Shown here one piece after another: positions 1 to 8,844 of a stretch of 22,044 nucleotides of DNA. Below the pieces are notes generated by a model. The model ran no database searches. It saw only the letters and a program-made list of their open reading frames with translations, and was not told the DNA's origin. The position numbers were made by a program, and so were the translations under genes. How positions within the stretch are numbered: position 1 is the first letter of the stretch; every line of letters begins with the position of its first letter. Source of the stretch: Candidatus Micrarchaeaceae archaeon (GTDB lineage: Archaea; Micrarchaeota; Micrarchaeia; Micrarchaeales; CABMGC01); contig JAVYWZ010000013.1 of assembly GCA_038877255.1 (NCBI GenBank), positions 1 through 22,044 on the forward strand, given 5' to 3'.

Positions 1-117
1 TTACATAAAGATTGTAAGGCTCGCTGAACCTATTCCTTATGTGGAATGCGCCTGAAAGGCTTGCCTTGCACGCTGCATTTGCATGCTAGAAGCAGTTCGT
101 AGAGCAAAGCACTCTAC

Positions 118-158
118 GTAAACACCCAGCTCTTACAGACTTGCTTCAGCTAGCTGAG
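118..158 (-). repeat. Family B remnant (IS200/IS605-type right-end-like), copy B3
   Basis: Minus strand GCTGAAGC-AAGTCTGTAAGAGCTGGGT-GTTTAC aligns with GCGTAAGCTAAGTCTGTAATAGCTTAGTAGTTCAC at 18620-18654 (shared exact AAGTCTGTAA then AGCT). Lies directly after the gdh stop. Confidence 0.55.
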
Positions 159-1430
159 TTAAACCCAGCCCCTGGCCTTCATTGCGTTTGCTACTCTTGT
201 AACAGCAACTATGTATGCGGCTTCTCTTGCATTTATCTTCTTTCCTTTGCTTGCATATTCCTTTTGAGTGCTTATGACATCTCTGAACGATTTTGTTATT
301 ATTGTGTCGAGCTTCTTGTATACTTCATCTGCGTCCCAATAGTAGCTTTCTATGTTCTGCACCCATTCAAAGTAAGACACTATAACGCCGCCTGAGTTTA
401 CGAGAAAGTCCGGCAGATCGAATACGTTGTTATTTGAAAGAATGCTGTCGGCTTCTGGAGTAACAGGGCCGTTTGCAAGCTCAAGCAATATCTTTGCACG
501 CACCTTGTCTGCATTTGCCTTCGTTATCTGGTTTTCTATTGCTGCGGGTATAAGCACATCAACGTCTGATTCTAGCAGTTCCTCGTTTGTTATCTTTTCA
601 GCGCCCTTGCCTTCATATGCCTGTACCGTATCTCGCTTCTGCTTTGCCTCTTGCAGCAACTTGTAATCGAGTCCTTTCTCAGAATAAACACCGCCCTTAG
701 AATCGCTTATAGCGACTACTTTTGAGCCAAATAGTCTAGTTACAAGGTCCATTGCGAACATGCCTGCATTTCCAAAGCCTTGTATTGCTACTTTTGCGTT
801 TTTCAGGTTTATCTTCTTAAGCTTTGCAGCTTCGCGGAGCACGTACATGCCACCCATTGCTGTAGAATCAAATCTGCCTTCAGAGCCCCAAACTTCAAGA
901 GGCTTGCCGGTTATTACTGCAAACTCATTTGTGCCGCTCATCTTGCTGTACTCATCCATCATCCACGCCATTATTTGAGGCGTTGTGTAAACATCTGGTG
1001 CCGGAATGTCCTTGTCAGGGCCTATGAAGCTTGCTATTGCGCGTATATACGCCCTTGACAAGTTTTCCAGCTCCTTATTGTTCATCTGCTTTGTATCGCA
1101 GATTACGCCGCCTTTGGCTCCGCCATAAGGTATGTTCGCAAGTGAGGTCTTCCAAGTCATCCATGCCGAAAGCGCCTTAACTGTGTCGAGGTTTTCCTGC
1201 GGATGAAATCTTATGCCACCTTTGCCAGGTCCTCTTGCGTTATTGTAAAGTACCCTGAATCCCGTGAACGTTTTCTTTGCGCCGTCGCGCATCTCAACAG
1301 GAAAGTTCACTATCACTGTTTGCATGGGCTCTCTGAGAAGCGCGAGTACATGCCTGTCTAGTCCCATAAGTTCTGCTGCAGCATCGAGCTGCGTCTGTGC
1401 TATTCTAAATGGGTTTAATTCTTCTGGCAT
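159..1430 (-). CDS. gdhA: Glu/Leu/Phe/Val dehydrogenase family, NAD(P)-dependent glutamate dehydrogenase
   Basis: Motifs GKGGIRFHP, GGAKGG, DIPAPD, ITGKP, Rossmann GFGNAG, ELANGP, GGVIVSYFEWVQN. GGTGA RBS upstream of ATG. Confidence 0.95.
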   Translation of the reverse strand: MPEELNPFRIAQTQLDAAAELMGLDRHVLALLREPMQTVIVNFPVEMRDGAKKTFTGFRVLYNNARGPGKGGIRFHPQENLDTVKALSAWMTWKTSLANIPYGGAKGGVICDTKQMNNKELENLSRAYIRAIASFIGPDKDIPAPDVYTTPQIMAWMMDEYSKMSGTNEFAVITGKPLEVWGSEGRFDSTAMGGMYVLREAAKLKKINLKNAKVAIQGFGNAGMFAMDLVTRLFGSKVVAISDSKGGVYSEKGLDYKLLQEAKQKRDTVQAYEGKGAEKITNEELLESDVDVLIPAAIENQITKANADKVRAKILLELANGPVTPEADSILSNNNVFDLPDFLVNSGGVIVSYFEWVQNIESYYWDADEVYKKLDTIITKSFRDVISTQKEYASKGKKINAREAAYIVAVTRVANAMKARGWV

Positions 1431-1444
1431 TTAGTCACCAAATA

Positions 1445-1654
1445 GTAACATCATCTTCCAACCGAATGCTGGAGCTGTGAGGAACATGAACATCTGCATA
1501 TCTAATTTTGCTTTTTGCTCAATTGAAGGATGTGCATGTTTATATTCAGTTTTCATGAAAATCATTGTTATGATTTTATGCGTCTCAAAATTTATACGCA
1601 TTTCAAGTTTCGCTCGAAGCCAATCTGAATGATAGAGTTTTTCGGCTCACTTTT
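1445..1654 (-). mobile_element. Non-autonomous miniature IS200/IS605 (tnpB-derived) element, copy A1
   Basis: Homologous to 2666-2833 (39 nt identical, 1471-1509 vs 2692-2730) and 16043-16244. Starts after TTAT, contains TnpB N-terminus relic MKTEYKHAHPSIEQKAKLDMQMF, ends hairpin + GATGTTAC. No target duplication. Confidence 0.8.
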
Positions 1655-1708
1655 ATAACTGTGTTATGTGCACAAAACTATAAATGTGTTGCGCTGCGCT
1701 GCGCTGCG

Positions 1709-2029
1709 TTAGCTGATTGCTCTCATTGCTGCTGTATTGTTGAGCAGCGATTCACAAAGCCTGTCTATTTTAGTGCTTATCATGCTGCTTTGCTTGCCTG
1801 CAAGTATGCTTTTGATTATTTCATCGGCAAGACCTTTGTTCGTTATGTATTTGCTAAGCTTCTCTATCTTTTTAGAATGCTTGCCTGTAACGCTTTTGCT
1901 TACCGCCGCTTGCACTATCCCCAGCTTGTCTGCTACTTCAGTTTGCGTAAGCCCATGGGCAATGAGCGCTTTTGAAACTGACACACGCACTGCTGGCAGT
2001 ATTATTTTTATTATGCTCTCGCACTCCAT
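1709..2029 (-). CDS. HTH transcriptional regulator, archaeal COG2522-like (XRE-type HTH)
   Basis: CE..K.ILPAVR...SKAL...GLTQTEVADKLGIVQAAVSK pattern typical of this family. Confidence 0.75.
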   Translation of the reverse strand: MECESIIKIILPAVRVSVSKALIAHGLTQTEVADKLGIVQAAVSKSVTGKHSKKIEKLSKYITNKGLADEIIKSILAGKQSSMISTKIDRLCESLLNNTAAMRAIS

Positions 2030-2050
2030 GCCATTGCCATTAGATTGCCA

Positions 2051-2620
2051 TTAGATTATACCCAACGCATTCTTTATTTTGCCCAATAATCCTTTGCCCG
2101 AGCTGCCTGAGCCTGTTTCATTGTCGTTATCTTGCCCCTCGCTCTCGTCATCTATTTCTTCAGACTTCTGCTTCTGCTGCTTCTTTGCTTGCTGAGCCTG
2201 CTGGGCTTGCTGTTGAATGCCAGGTAGGCCCGACTGAAACTTTGGCAATTGCAATTTGAAAAAGCCCTTGTTGTAACCAAGCTTGGAAATTGCACTTGTT
2301 ATTTCACCAAGTGCTTGCGATTTGGGATCTCGTATCACAAACACATTGGCATTGCTAGATTTGCCAAGGGCAACATCAGCTGCAGAATTGCAAACTGCAG
2401 CCATTATGCCTTCTTTTTTGTTCAGCACCATGCTGACAAGTATTGGATCCTTCGCCATTACTACGCACACGTCATAGCCATTACCAAGCTCGTTAGCTGC
2501 AATATCTGCAAGCTCGCCGCTCTGCACATTGACTTCTTTTGCCACTATGCTGTTGCTGCCAAGACCATTGACTACGGCATCTACGCTTCTGGGCACATTG
2601 CTAAGCACAAGTATGCGCAT
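2051..2620 (-). CDS. Degenerate RpiB/LacA/LacB-fold protein with Q-rich/acidic tail and C-terminal amphipathic helix
   Basis: SMVLNKKEGIMAAVC...A....SNANVFVI resembles the RpiB core (SIAANK..GIRAA.C......HNNANVL). DHAG and CGTG motifs absent. Confidence 0.6.
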   Translation of the reverse strand: MRILVLSNVPRSVDAVVNGLGSNSIVAKEVNVQSGELADIAANELGNGYDVCVVMAKDPILVSMVLNKKEGIMAAVCNSAADVALGKSSNANVFVIRDPKSQALGEITSAISKLGYNKGFFKLQLPKFQSGLPGIQQQAQQAQQAKKQQKQKSEEIDDESEGQDNDNETGSGSSGKGLLGKIKNALGII

Positions 2621-2665
2621 TAAGTCATTCCTACAATTTACTATACAATATGATGATTCTGTATT

Positions 2666-2833
2666 GTGACATACGCTCCCAACTGAATGCCGGAGCTGTG
2701 AGGAACATGAACATCTGCATATCTAATTTTCATTACGATCATGGTTATAGTTTTATGCATCTCAAAATTTATACGCATTTCTGCGGTTCGCTCGAAGCTA
2801 GTATCTGAATAATAGGGTTTTCCGCTCACTTTT
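2666..2833 (-). mobile_element. Non-autonomous miniature IS200/IS605 element, copy A2 (44-nt internal deletion relative to A1)
   Basis: TTAT|AAAAGTGAGC left end. Right end CTCCGGC-ATTCA-GTTGGGAG-CGTATGTCAC. Deletion lies between AAAA microhomologies. Confidence 0.8.
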
Positions 2834-2917
2834 ATAACCTAAACTTACAAAACATATTTTACAAAACATATTAAATATATGTGCGTGTAATATGCAAGCA
2901 ATTTAGAGAGGAGTAAT

Positions 2918-3151
2918 ATGAGAGGTCGTGAAGGACTCGTAACATGCGACAACTGCGGCAGAAAAGTACCTAGAAACAAGGCAGTAGCTTATGAGAAGGG
3001 AGTTTCCTTCTCAACAGATTTACACACTTCCAACGACATAAGATTCTTCGAAAGGAAGAAAGTGTACTATTGCATAAGCTGCGCTAAGCATCTAGGCATA
3101 TTTGAAAAGAAAAAAGAACAGGCAAACCGTAGGAAGGGCTTCGGCGTTTGA
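2918..3151 (+). CDS. rps26e: 30S ribosomal protein S26e (eS26)
   Basis: VTCDNCGRKVPRNKAV...YYCISCAKHLGI zinc-binding signature of eS26. Confidence 0.85.
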   Translation: MRGREGLVTCDNCGRKVPRNKAVAYEKGVSFSTDLHTSNDIRFFERKKVYYCISCAKHLGIFEKKKEQANRRKGFGV

Positions 3152-3889
3152 ATGCCAGTCGACGTTAACGACATATTGATTTTCAAGGAAAGGGGCATGG
3201 TGCAGGCTCAGGCGCAGCCATCGCATGCTACGGTTGGGCAGGCATACACATCACAGCAGGCGCAGGCTGCACAGCCAAAAGCAACGGTTAGCAAAACAAA
3301 ATCGGAAGAAGAGGTCGAGGCTGCAAGGCGCATAGAGGAAGAGGTAAAGGAACAGCTGGAAAAGCAAGAAGCCGAAGAAGAGGGATATGGCCGTAGCACT
3401 GAAGAGCATGCCAATGCTGCAAAATCAAAAGCAGGAAGAGTAATAGCAGGGCCCTTCAGCGTAATAGCAGGGGCTTTCCTGTTTGCAGATGCTGCTCTGC
3501 TTGCTTTCTTCGGCTATCCGCAATATGCGTTGATGTTCTCGCAATTCAAAGCTCTTGGCTTTTTCGGATTCATTAACTCGATAAATTATGCGTACGGCAC
3601 TTCGCTACTCAACCTTTTGCTGCTTCTCGCAATAGGCATATCAGGCCTGCTCATGATTGCCAGACTAGGAAAAATGTATATTGTGGCAGGCTCTCTTGCA
3701 GTGGCATTGCTAGTCTCTGCGAGCTTTGAATACTTGAGTAGCAACGCGACATACTTGGCAGTTGTTAGCGCAGTCACGTTCTTTAGCATAATAGCAATTG
3801 CATATAGCAGGATGAGTGCTGTTACTGTTGCTGAAGAAACCGAAACAGAGCCAGAACAGGTAGTATGGCCACGTATAGAAACTTTCTGA
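3152..3889 (+). CDS. Hypothetical membrane protein (about 4 TM helices, charged/low-complexity N-terminal region)
   Basis: 245-aa ORF whose ATG immediately follows the S26e stop (TGA ATG). Hydrophobic segments in the C-terminal half. Confidence 0.7.
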   Translation: MPVDVNDILIFKERGMVQAQAQPSHATVGQAYTSQQAQAAQPKATVSKTKSEEEVEAARRIEEEVKEQLEKQEAEEEGYGRSTEEHANAAKSKAGRVIAGPFSVIAGAFLFADAALLAFFGYPQYALMFSQFKALGFFGFINSINYAYGTSLLNLLLLLAIGISGLLMIARLGKMYIVAGSLAVALLVSASFEYLSSNATYLAVVSAVTFFSIIAIAYSRMSAVTVAEETETEPEQVVWPRIETF

Positions 3890-3940
3890 ATGCTATTTGT
3901 TTTGCAGCACATACCACACGCATTGCATACGGCGCATGCA

Positions 3941-4423
3941 CTACATGATTTTGTCCTGTTGCACGCTTATGCTGCTTGCATTTTGTAATTCGCGTCTCTG
4001 CAGCTTCTTGTCATAAAGCGACACGGCTACAGACGCTACAATACCGAAGATGAAGCTGAATACTATAAAGTATAATTGATATGACAGCGTAAATGAAAAC
4101 AGGCTCACTGTTGTGCCCGGAGCAACTAACATTGGAAGAATCGCATAGTAAATTATTATGAATATAGGAAGAACGACGAGCAGGGGCTTGAACTGTATTT
4201 TCATTGTCTCGCTCAATAGTGGAGTAAGCTCTTTCTGCTTTGCCGCAAGTGTTGCAGGATCTGCATGATTCTTGCTCAGCTCGGTAAGCTCCTTTGATTT
4301 TGCCTTTATGGTATTTTGTATCTCTCTCAGGCGCTTCGGATTGCCAAGCTTGCGCTGCAAAAATATGGAAAATACAACATATGCAGCGGCGCCAAGCACC
4401 AGAAAGATTGCAAAAAAGCTCAT
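3941..4423 (-). CDS. DUF106 / EMC3-TMCO1 family (Oxa1 superfamily) membrane insertase
   Basis: TM - coiled coil - (QFKPLLVVLPIF) TM - TM architecture. Canonical position downstream of adk. Confidence 0.8.
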   Translation of the reverse strand: MSFFAIFLVLGAAAYVVFSIFLQRKLGNPKRLREIQNTIKAKSKELTELSKNHADPATLAAKQKELTPLLSETMKIQFKPLLVVLPIFIIIYYAILPMLVAPGTTVSLFSFTLSYQLYFIVFSFIFGIVASVAVSLYDKKLQRRELQNASSISVQQDKIM

Positions 4424-4432
4424 AAAATAACC

Positions 4433-5005
4433 TTACATGTTTAGTTCCTGCAGAATACCTTTAAGCCTTTCCTGAGCTTCATTAAGACTGCCTTCCTTGT
4501 TATGTATTATGTAAAGAGGTATATTAAGGTATGCTGAAAAAAACGATGCTAACGAGAGGTTTATGCTTCTGTGCTGGTCTATTCCTTCCGCGGTGTCATG
4601 CTCGCGGTTTCTTGTGTTGTCGTTTGCGCGCCTGCTTAGCACCTCTTCTGTTGTGGCATCTATATATATTATGCCTTTCACAAAGCCTTTCATCGCATCG
4701 AGGTCGCGCATTGTCAAGCCAGGAGTGTACCTGTCTGCGCTTTTGATGCTCGCATGAGTATCAAGCAATACAGTTCCATCAGTTGCCTCTATTTGAGAGA
4801 AAATTTTGACACGCCATTCCTGCGATTTTTCAGCATAAGCAGGTATTGTTCTCATCTTGTCGCGGTCGTTTATTCCGTATTCCTGTTCGGCCATTTTTAG
4901 CATCTCATCTCCCATGTTGACTATTTTGGCGATTCCTGAAATGCCTGCAAGCACATGGCTTTTTCCTGCGCCCTGCGTTCCAAAAACAACGAGCAAATTT
5001 GCCAT
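4433..5005 (-). CDS. adkA: Archaeal adenylate kinase
   Basis: Start reassigned to MANLLVVFGTQGAGKS (P-loop). NMGDEM, RDKMR, DTHA and TPGL motifs of the archaeal AdkA family. Confidence 0.88.
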   Translation of the reverse strand: MANLLVVFGTQGAGKSHVLAGISGIAKIVNMGDEMLKMAEQEYGINDRDKMRTIPAYAEKSQEWRVKIFSQIEATDGTVLLDTHASIKSADRYTPGLTMRDLDAMKGFVKGIIYIDATTEEVLSRRANDNTRNREHDTAEGIDQHRSINLSLASFFSAYLNIPLYIIHNKEGSLNEAQERLKGILQELNM

Positions 5006-5024
5006 ATTATTAGTTAGAAGATTA

Positions 5025-5116
5025 AGTTTAAAAAAACAATCAAAAAGCAATTGAAAAGGAAAAAAGAAAAGGAAAAACGAAAAATAAAAATAAAAATAAA
5101 GGAAAAATAAAACAAA
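5025..5116 (-). terminator. Oligo-T tract terminator region after the thermosome gene
   Basis: Repeated T4-T7 runs on the minus strand directly after the stop codon, typical of archaeal intrinsic termination. Confidence 0.5.
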
Positions 5117-5126
5117 TGCGATGCGT

Positions 5127-6794
5127 TCAGTCTTCGCCTGCGCCTGCGCCTCCGCCAGGCACGCCACCCGGTGCGCCAGCACCGCCGGCAGGTTGCGAAG
5201 ACTTTGAGCTTATCATATCGTCTATGCGAAGTATTTGGACGCTTGCTTCTGTTGCGCTGGCTATTGCCTGCATCTTTATTTTTGTAGGCTCAATTACGCC
5301 GAGTTTGTCCATATCTCCGAGCACGCCCTTGAAGACGTCTATGCCATAAGACCTGCCTTCTTTTGTTCTCTGCTTGCTTCTCAATTGTACTATTGTGTCT
5401 ATGGGATCCATGCCTGCGCTGTCAGCCAGAGTTTTTGGTATTATTTCTAGCGAGTCTGCAAACGCCTGTATTGCGAGCTGCTCGCGGCCGCCAACTTCGT
5501 TTGCATAGTCTCTAAGTTCTTTTGCGAGGCTAGACTCTATAGCTCCGCCGCCGTACACGCAAGAGCCGTACTCAAGCGCAGCAGTAAGAGCACCTATTTC
5601 ATCGTCTATTGTTCTATTAGCTTCGTCTATTACCTGTTGATTGCCGCCGCGTACGAAAATAGTTACGCTCTTAGGATCCTTGCACTTTTCCACAAATACC
5701 ATTTCTTCGCCGCCTATCTTGCGTTCTTCGATAAGGCCAGCGAAGCCAGTATCTGCAGGTGAAAGGTCGTCAAGGCTCGTTACAAGCTTCGCGCCTGTTG
5801 CTTTTGAAAGCTTCTCTATGTCGCTCTTCTTAACGCGCCTAACCGCGAGTATACCAGCCTTTGCAAGATAGTGCTGCGCAACATCGTCTATGCCCTTCTC
5901 TACAAAGATTGCATTCGCTCCGCTCTGTGCTACCTTGTCAACCATCTCTTTGAGCATCTTCTCTTCCTGCTTGAGGAATGATTCCATCTGCTCTGGGGAT
6001 GTTATCTCAATGCGCGCGTCGGTCTCTGTTTTTTCTATTTCAAGAGCGACGTCAAGCAGTGCTATCTTTGCGTTAGACAACGACTTAGGCATTTGAGGAT
6101 GGGCCACTTCCTTGTCTATTAGCACGCCGTTTATAAGCTGCGTGTCTTCTATGCTGCCTCCTTCTTTTTTCTCCACTTTTATGTAGTCTTTATTAACAGT
6201 AATTTTGTTTCCTGTTTTTTCGACAACTTGCTTTACCGCTTTTATGACGATTTGCGCAAGATACTTGCGCGTAGAATCAGAGCCTATGTTCTTCGAGCCG
6301 CCTGCAATCTCAACGATTTTTTCGAGAAGGGCGTCGTCATCTACGTTTACCGCTATGGCGTATTTGCTAAGCAGATCTTGTGCCTTCTTGGCAGCCATGT
6401 CGTAGCCTTTTATTACAGTGTTAGGGTTTATGCCTTTCTCTATTAGGTCGCCGGCGTTTTTGAGGAGTTCTCCTGAAAGAACGACAACGCTTGTTGTGCC
6501 ATCTCCCACTTCCTTGTCCTGTGTCTTTGCTATTTCAACCAGGAGCTTTGCAACTGGGTGTTCTACATTCATTTCCTCAAGTATAGTAGCACCGTCGTTT
6601 GTTATGACTATATCGCCAAGCTCGCTCACCAGCATCTTGTCCATGCCCTTTGGGCCGAGCGTAGATTTCACTATGCTCGCTACTGCGTACGCGACTGCTA
6701 TATTGGCGCGCTGCGCCTCCCTGCCCAACAGCCTCGTGGCGCCCTCTGGCAGTATGTAATACTGTTGACCTAATGTGTTTTCGTTTGTTGCCAT
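5127..6794 (-). CDS. ths: Thermosome subunit (group II chaperonin)
   Basis: TLGPKGMDKML, ITNDGATIL, EVGDGTT, YGGGAIE motifs. AAGGTGA RBS. Confidence 0.97.
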   Translation of the reverse strand: MATNENTLGQQYYILPEGATRLLGREAQRANIAVAYAVASIVKSTLGPKGMDKMLVSELGDIVITNDGATILEEMNVEHPVAKLLVEIAKTQDKEVGDGTTSVVVLSGELLKNAGDLIEKGINPNTVIKGYDMAAKKAQDLLSKYAIAVNVDDDALLEKIVEIAGGSKNIGSDSTRKYLAQIVIKAVKQVVEKTGNKITVNKDYIKVEKKEGGSIEDTQLINGVLIDKEVAHPQMPKSLSNAKIALLDVALEIEKTETDARIEITSPEQMESFLKQEEKMLKEMVDKVAQSGANAIFVEKGIDDVAQHYLAKAGILAVRRVKKSDIEKLSKATGAKLVTSLDDLSPADTGFAGLIEERKIGGEEMVFVEKCKDPKSVTIFVRGGNQQVIDEANRTIDDEIGALTAALEYGSCVYGGGAIESSLAKELRDYANEVGGREQLAIQAFADSLEIIPKTLADSAGMDPIDTIVQLRSKQRTKEGRSYGIDVFKGVLGDMDKLGVIEPTKIKMQAIASATEASVQILRIDDMISSKSSQPAGGAGAPGGVPGGGAGAGED

Positions 6795-7105
6795 AAATTC
6801 ACCTTGTTAAAATAAACAGAAATTTGCCATTGCAAAATTTATATGTATATGATAATATTCTTTGATAATATTATTCCGCAAAGATTTAATAAGCTTATGG
6901 ACTCGCTTACCCTCGCCGTAGCGCATGCAGTTATGAAAACAAGGAGTTATTGTTTAGTATTGATTTCTGCATATGCTTTTTACAAATCATGCTTAAATGG
7001 AAAAGAAAAATATTGCTGTTTATGGTGCGTATGCTATTCGGCAATTGGATAACGCCTTAACCCTATTTATAAGCTTTTGCTAGAAAAATACTTTCACGTG
7101 CTTGT

Positions 7106-8827
7106 ATGAAAAGTGTAGCTGTAAGAATAGCAGGTGCAAACGGCGATGGAATAGAGTCAAGCGGAGCCTTGTTGAACAAGATTGCAGCAATGCAAGGCTT
7201 CCATGTTTTCGCCTATAGGGGCTACCAATCGATAATACGTGGAGGACATTTATGGTATCAGGTAAGAATCTCTGACGAGGAAGTATACAGTTATGGAGAC
7301 AAGATAGACGTGCTGATTGCGCTTAATCAAGATGCCATAGAAAACCAAAAGCCGCATCTTAATGCACATGCTACTGTGATTTACGACCCGAAGCATGTAA
7401 ACGTTGACGCACTGCCTGATAGCATAAGAAAATTGCCAATACCAATACTCGACATAGCAGTACAACAATCAGGAAATCCGGTAATGAGGAACGTAGCGGC
7501 GATAGGCGCACTCCTAAAAATATTAGGCATTGACATAAGCTCTTTTGACGAAGTAATAAGAAGCACTTTCGGGAGAAAAGGCGAGAAAATTATAACTGAT
7601 AACATAAAGGTAGCGAGCGCAGGCTACAACTACGAAGGGGTCAGCACGCTCTATGACATAAAAGGAGATGGCATAGTGAGACGTGTTCTTGATGGCAACA
7701 CAGCATTGTCAATAGGCGCTTATGCTGCAGATTGCAAAGCATATTTTGCATACCCGATGACCCCTGCCAGTGGCATACTTCAGTGGTTCGCCGCGCACGC
7801 GAACAAGGGTGTTTTGTTCAAACAAACAGAAGACGAAATAGCAGCAATAAATATGGCCATTGGCGCTGCAAGCGCAGGAGTAAGAGCCATGTGCGGAACA
7901 AGCGGCGGGGGCTTCTCGCTTATGGTAGAGGGCCTTGGCATGTCAGGCATGATAGAAGCACCGATAGTAGTGGTAATTTCGCAGAGATCCGGACCAAGCA
8001 CAGGCCTGCCTACAAAGCACTCGCAGGCAGACATGCTCTTCGTAATGCATGCATCACAAGGCGAATTCCCGAGGATAGTGGTTGCGCCTAGAACTATAGA
8101 GGAAAGCTTTGAAATTGGATCAAACGCATTTAACCTGGCAGACAGGTATCAGTGCCCTGTTCTCATTTTAATGGACCAATTCATTTCTGAAAGCTTCATG
8201 AGCATCAACGAGATTGATGCGAGCAAGGTAAGCATAGACCGTGGCAAAATAGTTGAAACGGCGCAGGCATCAGGCAAGTTTGAAAGATATAAAATCACAG
8301 ATGATGGCATTTCTCCGAGATCAATTCCAGGAACTCCTGGCTTAGAGTTCGTTGCTGCTAGCGATGAGCACGACACATATGGCAATTTGATAAGTGACTA
8401 CTTTGCAGGCATAGACAAATATGTGGAGTTGAGAAGAGACATGTATGCAAAGCGCATGAAAAAGCTTGAAACAATGCTCAGGAATGAAAGCGTGTTCGTG
8501 CCGCATGTTCTCAACGAAGACGCAAAGAAGTTTTTTGTAGTATATGGCTCAACCTACGGGCCAGCAAAAGAAGCAATGCAGATGCTTAACAACGAAGGCT
8601 TTGACTTTGGTATAATTTCGTTCAACTATCTGCTTCCACTAGACAAGGAAAAGACAAAGGCAGCATTGGAAAACAGGGATCTTATAGACGTAGAAGCTAA
8701 TTACAACGCGCAGCTCGCGCAATGGCTGCGCATGAACACAGGAATAAGCATTGAGAAAAAAATAAGGAAGTGGGATGGCGAGCCGTTTACTGCTGAAGAG
8801 ATTTATGAGCAGGCTAAAAGCCTGTAA
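7106..8827 (+). CDS. 2-oxoacid:ferredoxin oxidoreductase, fused gamma-alpha subunit
   Basis: IAGANGDGIESSG, IRGGH, YPMTPA, QTEDEIAA, TSGGGFSLM, QRSGPSTGLPT motifs. Confidence 0.93.
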   Translation: MKSVAVRIAGANGDGIESSGALLNKIAAMQGFHVFAYRGYQSIIRGGHLWYQVRISDEEVYSYGDKIDVLIALNQDAIENQKPHLNAHATVIYDPKHVNVDALPDSIRKLPIPILDIAVQQSGNPVMRNVAAIGALLKILGIDISSFDEVIRSTFGRKGEKIITDNIKVASAGYNYEGVSTLYDIKGDGIVRRVLDGNTALSIGAYAADCKAYFAYPMTPASGILQWFAAHANKGVLFKQTEDEIAAINMAIGAASAGVRAMCGTSGGGFSLMVEGLGMSGMIEAPIVVVISQRSGPSTGLPTKHSQADMLFVMHASQGEFPRIVVAPRTIEESFEIGSNAFNLADRYQCPVLILMDQFISESFMSINEIDASKVSIDRGKIVETAQASGKFERYKITDDGISPRSIPGTPGLEFVAASDEHDTYGNLISDYFAGIDKYVELRRDMYAKRMKKLETMLRNESVFVPHVLNEDAKKFFVVYGSTYGPAKEAMQMLNNEGFDFGIISFNYLLPLDKEKTKAALENRDLIDVEANYNAQLAQWLRMNTGISIEKKIRKWDGEPFTAEEIYEQAKSL

Positions 8828-8844
8828 TATGTTAAGATGATTTC

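Noticed and set aside
2..55. Possible 3' end of a plus-strand gene (YIKIVRLAEPIPYVECA*) or small structured RNA
   Set aside because: Truncated by the window edge, so it cannot be identified.
2641..2829. 62-aa ORF in the ORF track
   Set aside because: Lies almost wholly within element A2. It is open only because of the 44-nt deletion and has no recognisable domain.
2845..2872. Tandem 14-bp duplication TTACAAAACATATT upstream of S26e
   Set aside because: Simple local duplication in AT-rich promoter DNA. It does not flank element A2, so it is not a target-site duplication.
5006..5182. N-terminal F/Y-rich extension of adk in the ORF track
   Set aside because: It is the translated oligo-T terminator and overlaps the thermosome 3' end. 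The real start is ATG 5005.
6843..7052. 69-aa ORF with MKTRSY resembling a TnpB start; nearby imperfect palindrome 6820-6840
   Set aside because: No similarity beyond a few residues and no IS ends. It lies in the divergent thermosome/oxidoreductase promoter region.
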